Shown: positions 23,754 through 34,129, counted from the first letter of the whole stretch. The stretch: 63,630 nt of DNA, filler included, from Craspedostauros australis (GCA_030167865.1; 6 parts of 6 records of this genome joined end to end with filler, not necessarily neighbours in it); one strand, 5' to 3'. Translations and numbers: made by a program. The notes: generated from the sequence alone by a model not told the origin.

Positions 23754-24186
23754 TGAGAGTAGAGTTGTATGCAGAGTGCTTGTGCTGCTTGCTCTTCTTG
23801 ACCTTGATCACTTTGCCCTTCAGATGCTTGGCGGTTGTTGGCAAGTTCCGCTCACGGTAACCTACGATCGTGGAAGATGGTGTTGGTTGATAGTCATTCG
23901 TTTGCTATTTCATTAGTTGGTTACTCCAATCCTCTCGGTGTACTACTGCGCTCAGCAATAATTTACAACGCAGTAACGCTGTTTGTTGCTGAATGAGAGT
24001 TTTTTGTTGTCACGACCAGTTCTTTTGGGCCTCCGGTAATTCAACTTTTCCATTAGTTTCGAGATATGAACATCCCCAACTCGGCAATTGTCATTTCCAC
24101 GCTCGCCCTCACGAAACACAAGCCGGCTGTCGTCATCACTTCGCCCAATACAATTGATTGACTCCTTGACTTGACCAACCCTACTA

Positions 24187-25513
24187 TTATGAAATTAAGG
24201 CTTCTAAATTGTGTAGCTTCAGCTTCGTAGTGCATCTGCCTTCATTTTTGCGGATCTCAGGTGCCTGCATCGGAGTGCGTCTGGATTCAGTTTCCTTCTT
24301 TGCTCGTTTGCGTTTGGGTTTCGAGTTCATCATTTCTCGTTTGGCTTTCTGCATTGCTTCGTATCGGGTATCGTAGAGCTTGGCAAGTCGTTTCTTCTTC
24401 TCTTGTTCGCCTTCAAGGTTGTCCACCATGCACTTGATTTCGGTTAGATCCATGTTTCCCACCACATCAGAGTGAAAGTGTTGCACGTTCGGTTTTGGAT
24501 ACTTGAGCGCGCATTCAGTCTTTCCTTTCCGCGATTTCTTTGTTGTTCTCGTCTCTTCTTCATCAGCTTTGTTGAGGACCATGATGGCTGACACAACCTC
24601 TACCCCAGTTGGCTTGCCCTGTTTGTTGGCTATTGGCATGCAACATTTCCGAACATTCATATCTTTGCCCCACGCTCACGAACAAATTGATCACCTCCCT
24701 TGTATTTCACAAGTGCGCAAGCCACTTGAGAATGGCGCACGTACGCCTGGGCAACTTTGGTGAGAGGGAATTGTTTCCAGCAGAGCAATGCTGCATCCCA
24801 TATCTCATCTGGAGCCAGAACTTGACTCCCTTTTGATAGACCTTGCTGACCTGAGACATGTCGAGACATCGCTGGAAAGATACAGTCGTCCTTCACATTC
24901 GTGATGGGTGAGTTGGGTGGCTGCCTCCAAGGATGCCACCCTCGGCGCCCAAATTCGGTTCCAAGGAACTCTTGCAATTCTCTATCTTGATGCGGACCTG
25001 CTCCGTCCATTTGATAGCGAACTACCACCTTTCTCGCGGTTGAGTCTGCGATTTGCAGAGCAATCCGATCCAATGCCGGGATCTCCTTCTCCTCAAAGTA
25101 CTTCTTCAGGCTGTACTTTGCCCTTTTCCCCACCATCTCCTTGCTTCCAGTGATCTCAAGATTGTGGAAGTACATCTCACCTTTCATGCGGAGGATATTC
25201 TCAGGGACTGGCAGGTGGTGATATGTGCCATTGTCTCAATAGACATGGCGGTAAGAGTCCTTTTGCGCTGGCATGAAATGACCAACACGCTCAAAGCTGA
25301 CCAGATATGCATCACCTCCTTCTGCAATGCAATTATTCTTGGGCACAAATGCTGTGGATGCAAATACCATCAGCTTGTCCAACTGGCATTTGCGGTGCAC
25401 CCCATGTTGCACAGGTTCAATTCCCAAGGCAGGAATCAGTTTGAGGTTCTGCTGAACCATGATAGACCAAAACCACTTCTCGTCCATGTAGACCAGAACA
25501 CCCAGAACTCTTT
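24187..25513 (-). pseudogene. Decayed Tc1/mariner (plant-mariner-like DDD) transposase
   Basis: MDEKWF, YQMDGAGPH and QPPNSPITNVKD (38 residues between D2 and D3). Split into three ORF pieces; the 5' part is interrupted by the LINE. Confidence 0.85.
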
Positions 25514-25529
25514 GGCTCAGTTGTAGTTG
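25514..25529 (+). repeat. Target-site duplication, left copy
   Basis: GGCTCAGTTGTAGTTG, identical to 33998-34013. Confidence 0.92.
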
Positions 25530-25699
25530 TTGTACCACATAGACTATAGTGTTACCTATGCGCCGAAGGCGCTTTTGTGCCGCCTCGTTTATTCTGCATG
25601 AGTCATACAGCGGGAACGGTCGTGTCAAGGCATTGGGCCGTGCGCAGGCCTTGATCTGCAGAGCTATCACGAGTAGAGCTCGGCTGGCCAGCCGTGGTG

Positions 25700-28600
25700 T
25701 CATGTGGGCGCACCAGGCGGCTGAACATGGCTCGACATGCTGGGGTCGCGGGTCTCAGACACCTTGCGGCGCAGCCACGCCAGTTGCGCTGGGGGAATGG
25801 TGGCGGCGACATGGGGCATGGCGTGCAGCATAGTGAGCAACCACTCAGCCTGGCGAGGGCCTGTCTGGGGGCTTTGTTGTGCAAGCTGGCGCAGGTGGAC
25901 AGGAAAGGAGGAGGGGGGCAGTTCTTCGAGGGCTGCGATGTACGACGTCATCCGCTGAGCCATCAGGTCCTGCGTGCCAGCCTCGTGGAGCTGGTGATTC
26001 CGGCTTGCCCATTGCTGGAGGACCATGAGCCACAGTTCATGCGTCACATCCGCCTGCCAGTGGACTGGTCGGCGCCGGTCCGCTGTCGGCGCTGGGTTAG
26101 GACTGAATCGCTCCCATTCAACGGACCACCCGCCCCAGATGAGGCCGTCCCATCCGACGCCGTGCTGGGCTACCTCAACTGCGTGAGTGGCGGAGCGCCG
26201 GATGCCTTGCGGTGGGTTGCCGCCCTGCTGCAGCACTCGGAGGGATTTGACCAGCAGCTGGGCCGCCTCACGTCTCACCCTTGGGGGCTGAACGATGGCT
26301 TGGATCCGCCGGATGCTTTCGCTCCAGATCTTCCTGCTGTCGGGACTGGGGCACCTGACCACGTGTTGGTTGTCTTCCGCCGCGCCACGCCTGGGGCAGG
26401 TGCCCTCGTCGGACTGCTTCCGCCGGCACATGTTGCGACCAGACGCAGCATTGCCTGACGCGAGCTTGATGAGCGCTCGGTGCTGGCCGCCGCTCCACCT
26501 CGCCGACGCGCGCTCCATGGGCCGCCAGTCGACCTTGTACCGCTCGACGGACCGCCAACGCTGGCGCCACTTCTGCTGCAGGCTCGCCGTCGCTGCCGCC
26601 TGTGATATTGCGCCATAGCTTGCGTCGGACAAAAACCCGCACTGGTCGGATACCACCCATCCTGCGGACTGGGGCGTCCCGGACACAATGCCCCAAGACC
26701 TGGCTTGCTGGAGCGCGCGCCAGTGTTCGCCGGCTTCGTGGTCTGCGACGACGTTGAGGACCTCCCAGTCCGTCATACGGTGGTTGGCCCTGGCGTCGGC
26801 GTGCCCCTTGACATGTTGTACTGTGAACTGCACGGCCGAGTCACGGAGTTGGCGCTGCAGCTCCTGTCGGAGGTCGTAATCGCTGTCGTCCGCTGATATG
26901 AGACGCGCTGGCTGACTGGAGCGGATGGCCTGCATGTTATCGCACGCAACCGTCACCGATCCCCCAACCCCTGCCCAAGCCGCGAACGCTCGCAAGAACT
27001 GCACTGCCAGGAGCACCCCGGCCGTCTCGGCCCGGTTCGACGTCATGGCCTGCGACCCTTCGGGGACTTCGGACCGGATGATGATGCCGGAAGTAGGCTG
27101 GGCGAGGCTGTCCTGGATGACTATGGCCGCGGACCCTTTGCTGTCTTTAGCCGATGCATCACAGCAGGCCACGCAACACCCGTTTGCGATGGCACGGGAG
27201 ATAGCCGTCGCCGAGCCGAATATGCGCACTTCTCGAAGCATGACGCTGGCCAATCCGCCCAGCTTGTCGATGTGCTCTCGAAGTGTGACGGCCGGCCTGG
27301 GACTCGACACCACCCCCAAGGAGAGGACTACCGTCGTGCCGCGGTGGACTCTGGCATCTGCGACAGCGCGCCCTCGGACTCTGGGGCACCGATACTCGAC
27401 ATGCCGGATCTGCTGAGGCGGGTGGCCGCGTTGATGGAGATGCAACAGACCGTCGCCATCCTGCCGGACTTGGAACCGGTGTGCACTCGCCCATTTTCCC
27501 AGAGGTTTGGATAGCATGGCGCCGGGCCGGTCGCGCGCCAAGATGCCTAGCACCAGGCTATCCCAGGCGTCCCAGGACGCTCGAGACGGGACCACCACCT
27601 TAGGCCATGGAAGGTTGCCACCAGCTTGGGGCGCAGGTCGGTGCTGGAGGACTTCGGGGTGGATGCTGGTGCCGCCTGCGTCACAGATGTCCGAGAGCCA
27701 GAGGGCCTTCAAGTATATTCTGACTGCATTAGCCTTGCGAAGCTCAGCGACCCCACCTGAGCCTTCCATGAAGAGCTCCATGATAGCTTTGTCAGCTTCC
27801 CGTGGCGGTGGCAGGCTTGACACGACCTGACGCATGCAGAGCTCTGATTGGCCCATCATAGCGAACGTGTGCGACCACCAGGTGTCGTGTGTCCACGCTT
27901 TCCATTGCCGGTGACGCTGCTGCAGCTGATGCGGTACCCCCGCCCACAGCTGGAGCTGTAGCAACGACGCCCTCAGTAACCTGCCAGTGGTGGTGTCTGA
28001 CTCGGAGTGTCGCCACACCACTGCCAGGTGCGCCTTGCACTGCTCAGTGAACAGGTGAGGAATCCCCAATCCGTTCAGCCTCTTAGGGCCGTGCACGTAC
28101 TGCCGAGCAATGGTACGTACGATGCCCATGTGTGGCAGGGCCACTGTCAGCGCCGGCTGCATGATGCTTTCGCATTGGCCTCGGGTAAGCGTGGTGGCGG
28201 CAAGGGAGTACTTGAGCGCAGGCCATAACACGGACTTGAGAGCGATCTCAACATCCTGCTTGGAGATTCTCGCCGTCTGAATGTGCGCCGCCCATTCAGC
28301 CGCTTTACCCCGGAGATACTCGGCGTGCTCATGCTGATTCCCATCCCGGCGGGACAGCATGCCCAAGTATTTGCTGGCGGTATCCACGGCCTTGTGCAGC
28401 AGAACTTGCTCCGATCCACCGTCGCCCTTCATGAGTATGTTTTGGGTCGGCGGTCGCTTGTCGTATTGCCAGCGGCTATTGCTCCACCGGAATCGCACAA
28501 GCTGCCAAAAGCTCTTTTCAGGGGCCAGACAACCACCTGACGCGGTGAGCATGTCCTCCCAAAGTGAGACCGCCGCTTGAAATTCGCGTGTCTGCGACAT

Positions 28601-31300
28601 GGGATCCTTGGCGCGGAGAGAGTGGACTATGTTGGTATCATCCACATACGCGAAACAGACCACCCCGTGCTCTGCACGTGCAGTCTCACCGAACCGGAAC
28701 CCGAATCCTTTGGCCCTCATTCTGTCGATCAGAGCGGAGCTGATCATGAGCCATCCTGTTGGAGCCACCCCCAGACCTTGCACCAGTCCCTGAATCGGCG
28801 TCGGGAGGCTGGCGCCCGAGTAGCTGGCGTCCGATATTCCTGCACCCATGCTGATGCGGTGTTCCATGCCTTGGAGAGTGCATAGCACACTGTCGATGGG
28901 GGGCTTGGGAACGCCTTGTCGCCTCATGGCCATCCCAAATGCTGGGTGCGATATCCGGTCATAACACCCTTTGGCATCGTTGGAGCACACTGCCGCCTCG
29001 CTGCCAGACACCCGCATGATGTCGTCTGTCATGCATATGTTGGCGAGAACCTCCTGTGCGGTGTGGCTCTGCCTGCTGCCGTATTGGTCGTCTGCAATCG
29101 TCCCGTTGGATTCTGCGTGGCTTCTGGCCGTCTTGCCGAGCAATCTGGTATTCATATTAAAGTCCCCTTCCATGAGTCCGATCGTGCGGGTCCTCGTGAC
29201 GGATAGGTTCCCCGGCTGCTTGCAAAGCTGCACGTCCGTGCATTGCTGCCACCGCTTCAAGCTGTATCCCGTACTGTACGGGACGGACCGCATGATAGCA
29301 TCAATAGCCGCCAGGTCAGGCCTCCGGGCATTGGCCTTCCAGCATCCAAAGTGAAGACCTGACGGCCCTGAAGACGTTCGCTCCTTAATCTTCCGCCATC
29401 CTTGGATGTGGCTCTCTGTGGAGATGACTGCGTCAGCCGCCGACCAAGGGGTGGCCGCTGCCGATTGCTTGAGCGCCTGGAACAGTTCGGACGTGCTGGG
29501 TTTTACTTGGGCCGGCACCAAACCCTGGAGGACTGCGTCTGCTGCCGCGGCTGTGCCGTATCGGCCTAGCAGGGTTCCCACTTGTGGCTGGCACAGCTCC
29601 GATGCCCACGCTTGCTGGTACTTGGCGATGTTGGTTTCACAGCACGCTCTCGCCACCGCCTCAACATCCGTGAGGACCTGGCCTTGGCCTCCTGGCCCGT
29701 CGTGTACTACCATGCTGACTTGGGAGTCCTGCGTGGTGCCACGCAAGGCGCACTTGATCCGCCGGAACGTCGCCCTTGTCTCCTCCCTCTCCGCCATCTG
29801 CTTTCTGTACTTCAGAGGGTCACTGCCGCCGCGGTGGACAAACTCCTCGTTCGACCGGAGGAAATCCGTCCGGTGCTGCGCTGCCGCCTTCTTCTCCTTT
29901 TGGAGCTGGCGCCACACCTTGTTGCGCTCCGCAGTCATGTCAGGAATGCGCAACCCGCGGGTTCGGACGTGCTCCAGGTGGGCTTTCTTTTTTAGCCGGT
30001 CGATCGTGGACCCCTTGACCTTGTGGCCCGTCCTGCGCCGAATTGATTCCGTCCAGAACTGGTGAGCCTTCTGCATACGGTTGAGCAGCGGGGAAAACGG
30101 CACGTTGCCGGCACGGACTTTGCGGCACGTCCGCTCGGCACGGAGCATGGCGTGGGTGCGATCCCGATCGATCGATTCGATCTCTCTCGCTTGGGAACTG
30201 CTCAGCGGGCCACCCTGCACCCCCTTCTCCAGTGCAATGGCCCTTTCCAACAAGCGGCTCTGCTTGGCCGCCGCCTCGTACGACTCCAGGTACTTTTGGA
30301 CTGTGGCCGGGCTCTGCAACTGCAGCTGGCGGCCCCTGAACGGTTGCGTTGGAGTCCGACCTCTGCCCATGAGCTGTTGTGTCGAATAGTCCACCCAGAT
30401 CATGCGATGGTCCCACGGGCCAAATGGAGTGGCTCCTGACTGAGTCGCCGTTGCCTCCGGCGTGGACCAGACACCGTCGATCTGAACATTGTTGCTGTTT
30501 CGAATGTGCGTGGCCACCGGGCGCGGGTGCTGCGTGGAGAGTACCTCAGCCATACCTTCGTCGGCGAGCATGGCACTCACTCGGGATCTGCGCACGTCGC
30601 TGTTGACGTCGCCTCCCAAGATGATAGTCTCGCCGGCCTGTCGCCATTGGTGGATCCGCTGTTGAAGCTCCTGGAGATGCAGATCAGTGGGTTCCGACCC
30701 CATGCCTGCTGCCGCAGCATTTGCTGCTTGCTGGTTGTAGACCGTCCCGGCTGTCTTGGTAGAGCGGTTCGCCACGTAGGTAGCCACCAGTCTGACCTTG
30801 ATGGGACCCTTGCCTTGCAGGAGCACGCTGATCCAACGGCCCCATTGGTGGTCGTCGACTTCGCTTGCCAAAATGCGGCCTCTGGCAGCGCCTTTGATGA
30901 GAATAGCCGTGCCACCCCATTGGCGTACTCTGATCGGGTTGACCTGATTGTGCGAAGTAATTGTGCGGGACTGCGGTATGTTGCGTTGCACCAACTCGTG
31001 GAGCCGCTTGTGCCGCGGCACCTTGCTCCAGTTGATACCCACCTCTGTCATCAGCAGAACATCGACGTTGTGCTTACTGATTGTCTCCCACAGGTCGTGG
31101 TATTTGGGATCCGTATCATCCAGTGGGAGACCGCCGAGATTGAGGGCTGCTACTCGGACGTGATCCGGTAGCGTGTGCTGTGTGTCGCTTCCAACAGGAG
31201 CGAATTGATCGATCACCTCTTCCGTGCCTGATCGATCGGTGTTGTCTTGCCTGCTGCTTCGCCGCCTGGACTTCGTGCGGCTTGCCATGCTTGCTAACAT
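25700..31300 (-). CDS. LINE ORF2: AP-endonuclease, reverse transcriptase, RNase H, degenerate CCHC (1866 aa)
   Basis: APE: LNLGG, MTE, GGDVN, QIDGVW, DHR. RT: SGPSGLH, RTIGL, QYGSR, NDAKGCYDRI, QG, YVDD, KYLG. RNase H: CCDASAK, RAETAG, CDN, HVKGH, N.VAD. Confidence 0.95.
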   Translation of the reverse strand: MLASMASRTKSRRRSSRQDNTDRSGTEEVIDQFAPVGSDTQHTLPDHVRVAALNLGGLPLDDTDPKYHDLWETISKHNVDVLLMTEVGINWSKVPRHKRLHELVQRNIPQSRTITSHNQVNPIRVRQWGGTAILIKGAARGRILASEVDDHQWGRWISVLLQGKGPIKVRLVATYVANRSTKTAGTVYNQQAANAAAAGMGSEPTDLHLQELQQRIHQWRQAGETIILGGDVNSDVRRSRVSAMLADEGMAEVLSTQHPRPVATHIRNSNNVQIDGVWSTPEATATQSGATPFGPWDHRMIWVDYSTQQLMGRGRTPTQPFRGRQLQLQSPATVQKYLESYEAAAKQSRLLERAIALEKGVQGGPLSSSQAREIESIDRDRTHAMLRAERTCRKVRAGNVPFSPLLNRMQKAHQFWTESIRRRTGHKVKGSTIDRLKKKAHLEHVRTRGLRIPDMTAERNKVWRQLQKEKKAAAQHRTDFLRSNEEFVHRGGSDPLKYRKQMAEREETRATFRRIKCALRGTTQDSQVSMVVHDGPGGQGQVLTDVEAVARACCETNIAKYQQAWASELCQPQVGTLLGRYGTAAAADAVLQGLVPAQVKPSTSELFQALKQSAAATPWSAADAVISTESHIQGWRKIKERTSSGPSGLHFGCWKANARRPDLAAIDAIMRSVPYSTGYSLKRWQQCTDVQLCKQPGNLSVTRTRTIGLMEGDFNMNTRLLGKTARSHAESNGTIADDQYGSRQSHTAQEVLANICMTDDIMRVSGSEAAVCSNDAKGCYDRISHPAFGMAMRRQGVPKPPIDSVLCTLQGMEHRISMGAGISDASYSGASLPTPIQGLVQGLGVAPTGWLMISSALIDRMRAKGFGFRFGETARAEHGVVCFAYVDDTNIVHSLRAKDPMSQTREFQAAVSLWEDMLTASGGCLAPEKSFWQLVRFRWSNSRWQYDKRPPTQNILMKGDGGSEQVLLHKAVDTASKYLGMLSRRDGNQHEHAEYLRGKAAEWAAHIQTARISKQDVEIALKSVLWPALKYSLAATTLTRGQCESIMQPALTVALPHMGIVRTIARQYVHGPKRLNGLGIPHLFTEQCKAHLAVVWRHSESDTTTGRLLRASLLQLQLWAGVPHQLQQRHRQWKAWTHDTWWSHTFAMMGQSELCMRQVVSSLPPPREADKAIMELFMEGSGGVAELRKANAVRIYLKALWLSDICDAGGTSIHPEVLQHRPAPQAGGNLPWPKVVVPSRASWDAWDSLVLGILARDRPGAMLSKPLGKWASAHRFQVRQDGDGLLHLHQRGHPPQQIRHVEYRCPRVRGRAVADARVHRGTTVVLSLGVVSSPRPAVTLREHIDKLGGLASVMLREVRIFGSATAISRAIANGCCVACCDASAKDSKGSAAIVIQDSLAQPTSGIIIRSEVPEGSQAMTSNRAETAGVLLAVQFLRAFAAWAGVGGSVTVACDNMQAIRSSQPARLISADDSDYDLRQELQRQLRDSAVQFTVQHVKGHADARANHRMTDWEVLNVVADHEAGEHWRALQQARSWGIVSGTPQSAGWVVSDQCGFLSDASYGAISQAAATASLQQKWRQRWRSVERYKVDWRPMERASARWSGGQHRALIKLASGNAASGRNMCRRKQSDEGTCPRRGAAEDNQHVVRCPSPDSRKIWSESIRRIQAIVQPPRVRREAAQLLVKSLRVLQQGGNPPQGIRRSATHAVEVAQHGVGWDGLIWGGWSVEWERFSPNPAPTADRRRPVHWQADVTHELWLMVLQQWASRNHQLHEAGTQDLMAQRMTSYIAALEELPPSSFPVHLRQLAQQSPQTGPRQAEWLLTMLHAMPHVAATIPPAQLAWLRRKVSETRDPSMSSHVQPPGAPT

Positions 31301-33906
31301 GGCGGCGGAGCCCCGGCCCCGGGGTTGGCGTTGCCTTGTTGGGCCGCAAGCTCCGCACGCAGCTTCTCGATTTCAGCGCGTTGGATTTCCAATCTGGCTT
31401 GATTGAGAGACTCTTTTCTTTGGCGCTCCTGCTCGAGTGCAGCCGCGCGCGTGGCTTCCCTGCGCTTCTCTGACTCCGTGGTCGCGATGGACGCCCCGTC
31501 GCCGGTTCCTTGGACTCCTGTCATGGCAGAATTCATTGTCATGTGTGATCCAATGGTGGTTCCCGTGCCGAACACGCTGCGGTAGTCAAGTGCTGCTGGC
31601 CGGTGGTTCTCCGCAGAAGCCAGTTCAGGGGGAAGGTTGGTGATGATGACGCTTGCTGGGAACTCCTCTTCGAGGAGATGCTCCAGGTGGCTGTGGTCCG
31701 GCGCATTGTACTCCTTGGTCGCCTCGTCATACGTGACGTTAAGATTAGCGTACCAGGAATCAACGCTGAACCATTTCTCCGTCTTGGATCCCAACTGGAT
31801 GCGGGCTATGGCCGGTAGAAGACTCATGATGGCTGAGGCCTGTGCCATGTTCTCTTCGAAGACATGCGCGATGAGCTGGTCGTCATGAGCTCGCGCCATG
31901 TCCAAACTGTGGAAGATCGGCAGCCCCTTCTCGTTGCGCATGCTCATCACATGGCTGCGGAGCGTGATGTGCTCTCTGTTGTCACCGTGAATCGGGTCAT
32001 CCAGCTTGGCCACCCCGGCCGTGTCGACGTACTTGAGGCTGGTCACAACCGCCTGGTGTTTCTGTACCAGGTTGGCTCGGTGGCGTCTCTTTTTTTCCGT
32101 CATTTGCTCGTACCTGGCCTCAGGGAGGAACCGCAAGCGCAGTCCCGCCGGCCTGTGCTCGTCCTCGTTGAGCAAGGCGCACAGCCTTTCCACGGCAACC
32201 GAGGCTTGAGAGCTCTCCGTCTCTACCTTGATGGCGCGCCATGGCTGCATTGTCCAGTGCTTGCCACTGGTCTTGTACGCCTCTTTCGTGCGTTCACACA
32301 CCGCGACCAGATTCTTGAGTTTTCCGCCCACCCTGGTGTTCTTGTGCTGTCGGCGGAACTCGCGGTTGATAAGCTCCATTGTGCCTTTGACGTCATTGAA
32401 ACCACCTGAGTACAGCAGAAATCCGATCTCCTTTGTGCTCTCAACTTGTAGCATGCTTGTGTACAAACCTTCCTGATGTTTGTAGTAGTATGGATTCATT
32501 TCCGCATCCCGCTCTGCTGTGATGTTGGTGGGGTGCATGTCAGTTGTGATCCTGACGTTTGTGTACGTCAGTCCGCTGTCCATGGTGGATGCTCGCAGTC
32601 CCTTGAAGAACACTCGGAGGTCCTGGAGCTCGACTGGGATCTGCCCGACGTGCTGGATGTATCTGCGTTCTTCTAGTGTATCCTTCCATGGGAGGACCAC
32701 GGCTGAAGGATCGACGATGCGGACTTGACGGAACCAAGCCGCAATCCTGTCCCGGAGTGCTTTCGTTGTGTCTGGTTCAGTTTGATCTGCCTTGATCTTG
32801 AACATGAATCTCGTCGTGTGTTGCAGGCTGGGAAGCCCGATGAGAATCTGGCTGGTGTTGGACTCGGATGACTGATCGTCTACCTCGATTGCCGATGCCA
32901 CCTGGCTGAAACTGACTCCCTGGCGTCTGTGAGCGCCTCCACGTCGGCCGCTGGCTGCATCGGTGCTTGGTGTCTCAGGTGTTCCCGCAGGTCTTTGACG
33001 GTTGGCTTCGGTGGGCTCGGTCACCGCCTCGGCGTCTTCCTGGCTGGGCTGCGTCTCTGGTTCGTCACTGTCAAGAGCTGCAAACCTGTTGGTGTTTGTG
33101 CCTAGCACGGAGGTGGACTGTGCGGGTGACGTGGAAATCTTAGAGCGCTTGGATGGGTTAGCGGAGGTAGGGGAGCGCCGGTGGCTGTTGCTGTTGGGTC
33201 TGCGCGGGCCTGTCTTCGCTTGACTTGTCACGTGTCCATCGCCATCGCTGTCGGAGCCTCCGATACTGGAGTCCTCTGGCGCTGTGCCAACGTCGTAATT
33301 GGTGCCAAGAACCCGTCTCGCGGCTTCCCATGCTCGGGCTGGTCTGGACCTTGTATTGATGCCGCCGCGAGCTGTGATCTTGAAGACCTTCCTTGGGTCG
33401 GTGGATGCCATCCTCATTATGGCCATGCATACGCGTCTGCGTCTTGGATCGTCCGAAGGCAGGCTGATGGGGCCGTACTGGGTATGTCGACCGTTGAGAA
33501 TACGACGGAAAAACATCTCCCAATCCTTGACTGATGGATTGTCCGCCGACGCTTCTTCTTCGTCCTTGCCGTACCACTTTGCTCTTGCGCTCCACATTTG
33601 ACCTGCCATGCGATCGATGGAGTGCTCACCTGCTGCCGACGTAAACGGTTCGATATCGTCGCCATACTTCTTCTCTGTGGTTTTCCAGGTGCTCGTTCTC
33701 GGCTTGTACTCTGTGGTGAACTCATCTGGGGCTTGTGTCGTGGTTTCGGATCCGTTCGCCTCCGCTCTTTCGGCCGTAACACTACTGCGATGAGGTGGTT
33801 CCTTGGCATGGGGGATGTTGTGTGTTGGCTGCCTTCCATCGTCGTTGTTGCGGCTGGACGGGGGCCCGTTTTCCAGATCCATCATGGTCGGTTCGTTGCT
33901 TGTCAT
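31294..33906 (-). CDS. LINE ORF1 (870 aa), C-terminal coiled coil
   Basis: Long ORF directly upstream of ORF2 and inside the TSD-bounded element; clearly homologous to the ORF starting at 61430. Confidence 0.9.
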   Translation of the reverse strand: MTSNEPTMMDLENGPPSSRNNDDGRQPTHNIPHAKEPPHRSSVTAERAEANGSETTTQAPDEFTTEYKPRTSTWKTTEKKYGDDIEPFTSAAGEHSIDRMAGQMWSARAKWYGKDEEEASADNPSVKDWEMFFRRILNGRHTQYGPISLPSDDPRRRRVCMAIMRMASTDPRKVFKITARGGINTRSRPARAWEAARRVLGTNYDVGTAPEDSSIGGSDSDGDGHVTSQAKTGPRRPNSNSHRRSPTSANPSKRSKISTSPAQSTSVLGTNTNRFAALDSDEPETQPSQEDAEAVTEPTEANRQRPAGTPETPSTDAASGRRGGAHRRQGVSFSQVASAIEVDDQSSESNTSQILIGLPSLQHTTRFMFKIKADQTEPDTTKALRDRIAAWFRQVRIVDPSAVVLPWKDTLEERRYIQHVGQIPVELQDLRVFFKGLRASTMDSGLTYTNVRITTDMHPTNITAERDAEMNPYYYKHQEGLYTSMLQVESTKEIGFLLYSGGFNDVKGTMELINREFRRQHKNTRVGGKLKNLVAVCERTKEAYKTSGKHWTMQPWRAIKVETESSQASVAVERLCALLNEDEHRPAGLRLRFLPEARYEQMTEKKRRHRANLVQKHQAVVTSLKYVDTAGVAKLDDPIHGDNREHITLRSHVMSMRNEKGLPIFHSLDMARAHDDQLIAHVFEENMAQASAIMSLLPAIARIQLGSKTEKWFSVDSWYANLNVTYDEATKEYNAPDHSHLEHLLEEEFPASVIITNLPPELASAENHRPAALDYRSVFGTGTTIGSHMTMNSAMTGVQGTGDGASIATTESEKRREATRAAALEQERQRKESLNQARLEIQRAEIEKLRAELAAQQGNANPGAGAPPPC

Positions 33907-33997
33907 CGTGGTGGTTTCCGTGTTGTTTGCTGTAATTTTGGTACTGATTTAGTTTTGTATTGGTTGCTGTTTGAGTTGCCGGAGTTCCGAAACTATG

Positions 33998-34013
33998 GGC
34001 TCAGTTGTAGTTG
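33998..34013 (+). repeat. Target-site duplication, right copy
   Basis: GGCTCAGTTGTAGTTG, identical to 25514-25529. Confidence 0.92.
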
Positions 34014-34129
34014 GCTGTGGAGGAAATGATTGCCTGAATGACATGCAGATCCAAATGTGCAAGGCATCAGCAATGCGAAGAGCATGGTAATTTTGGAACT
34101 ACCCACGACATGATCAATCATGGAACAAA

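Larger units (their letters stand above)
20492..23835 (+). repeat. Near-identical direct copy of 16514-19644 (offset 3978) with one extra insertion
   Basis: Both contigs start at the same base (tattgcggggctcccc) and give identical ORF translations over the first ~2.5 kb. A few substitutions appear after ~23100, plus the insertion at 23543-23753. Confidence 0.95.
23341..23835 (-). pseudogene. Second copy of the DDE transposase 3' part, disrupted by an insertion and truncated
   Basis: Matches 19363-19644, split by 23543-23753 and cut at 23836. Confidence 0.85.
25530..33997 (-). mobile_element. Full-length two-ORF non-LTR retrotransposon (Ambal-like), 8468 bp
   Basis: Uninterrupted ORF1 and ORF2, ~90-nt C/A-rich 5' UTR, ~170-nt 3' UTR, perfect 16-bp TSD, no poly(A). 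The clade name is inferred from architecture and host type. Confidence 0.93.

Noticed and set aside
6215..25513. Fanzor/TnpB cargo in the DNA transposons
   Set aside because: I found no ORF with the RuvC I-II-III plus zinc-finger pattern.
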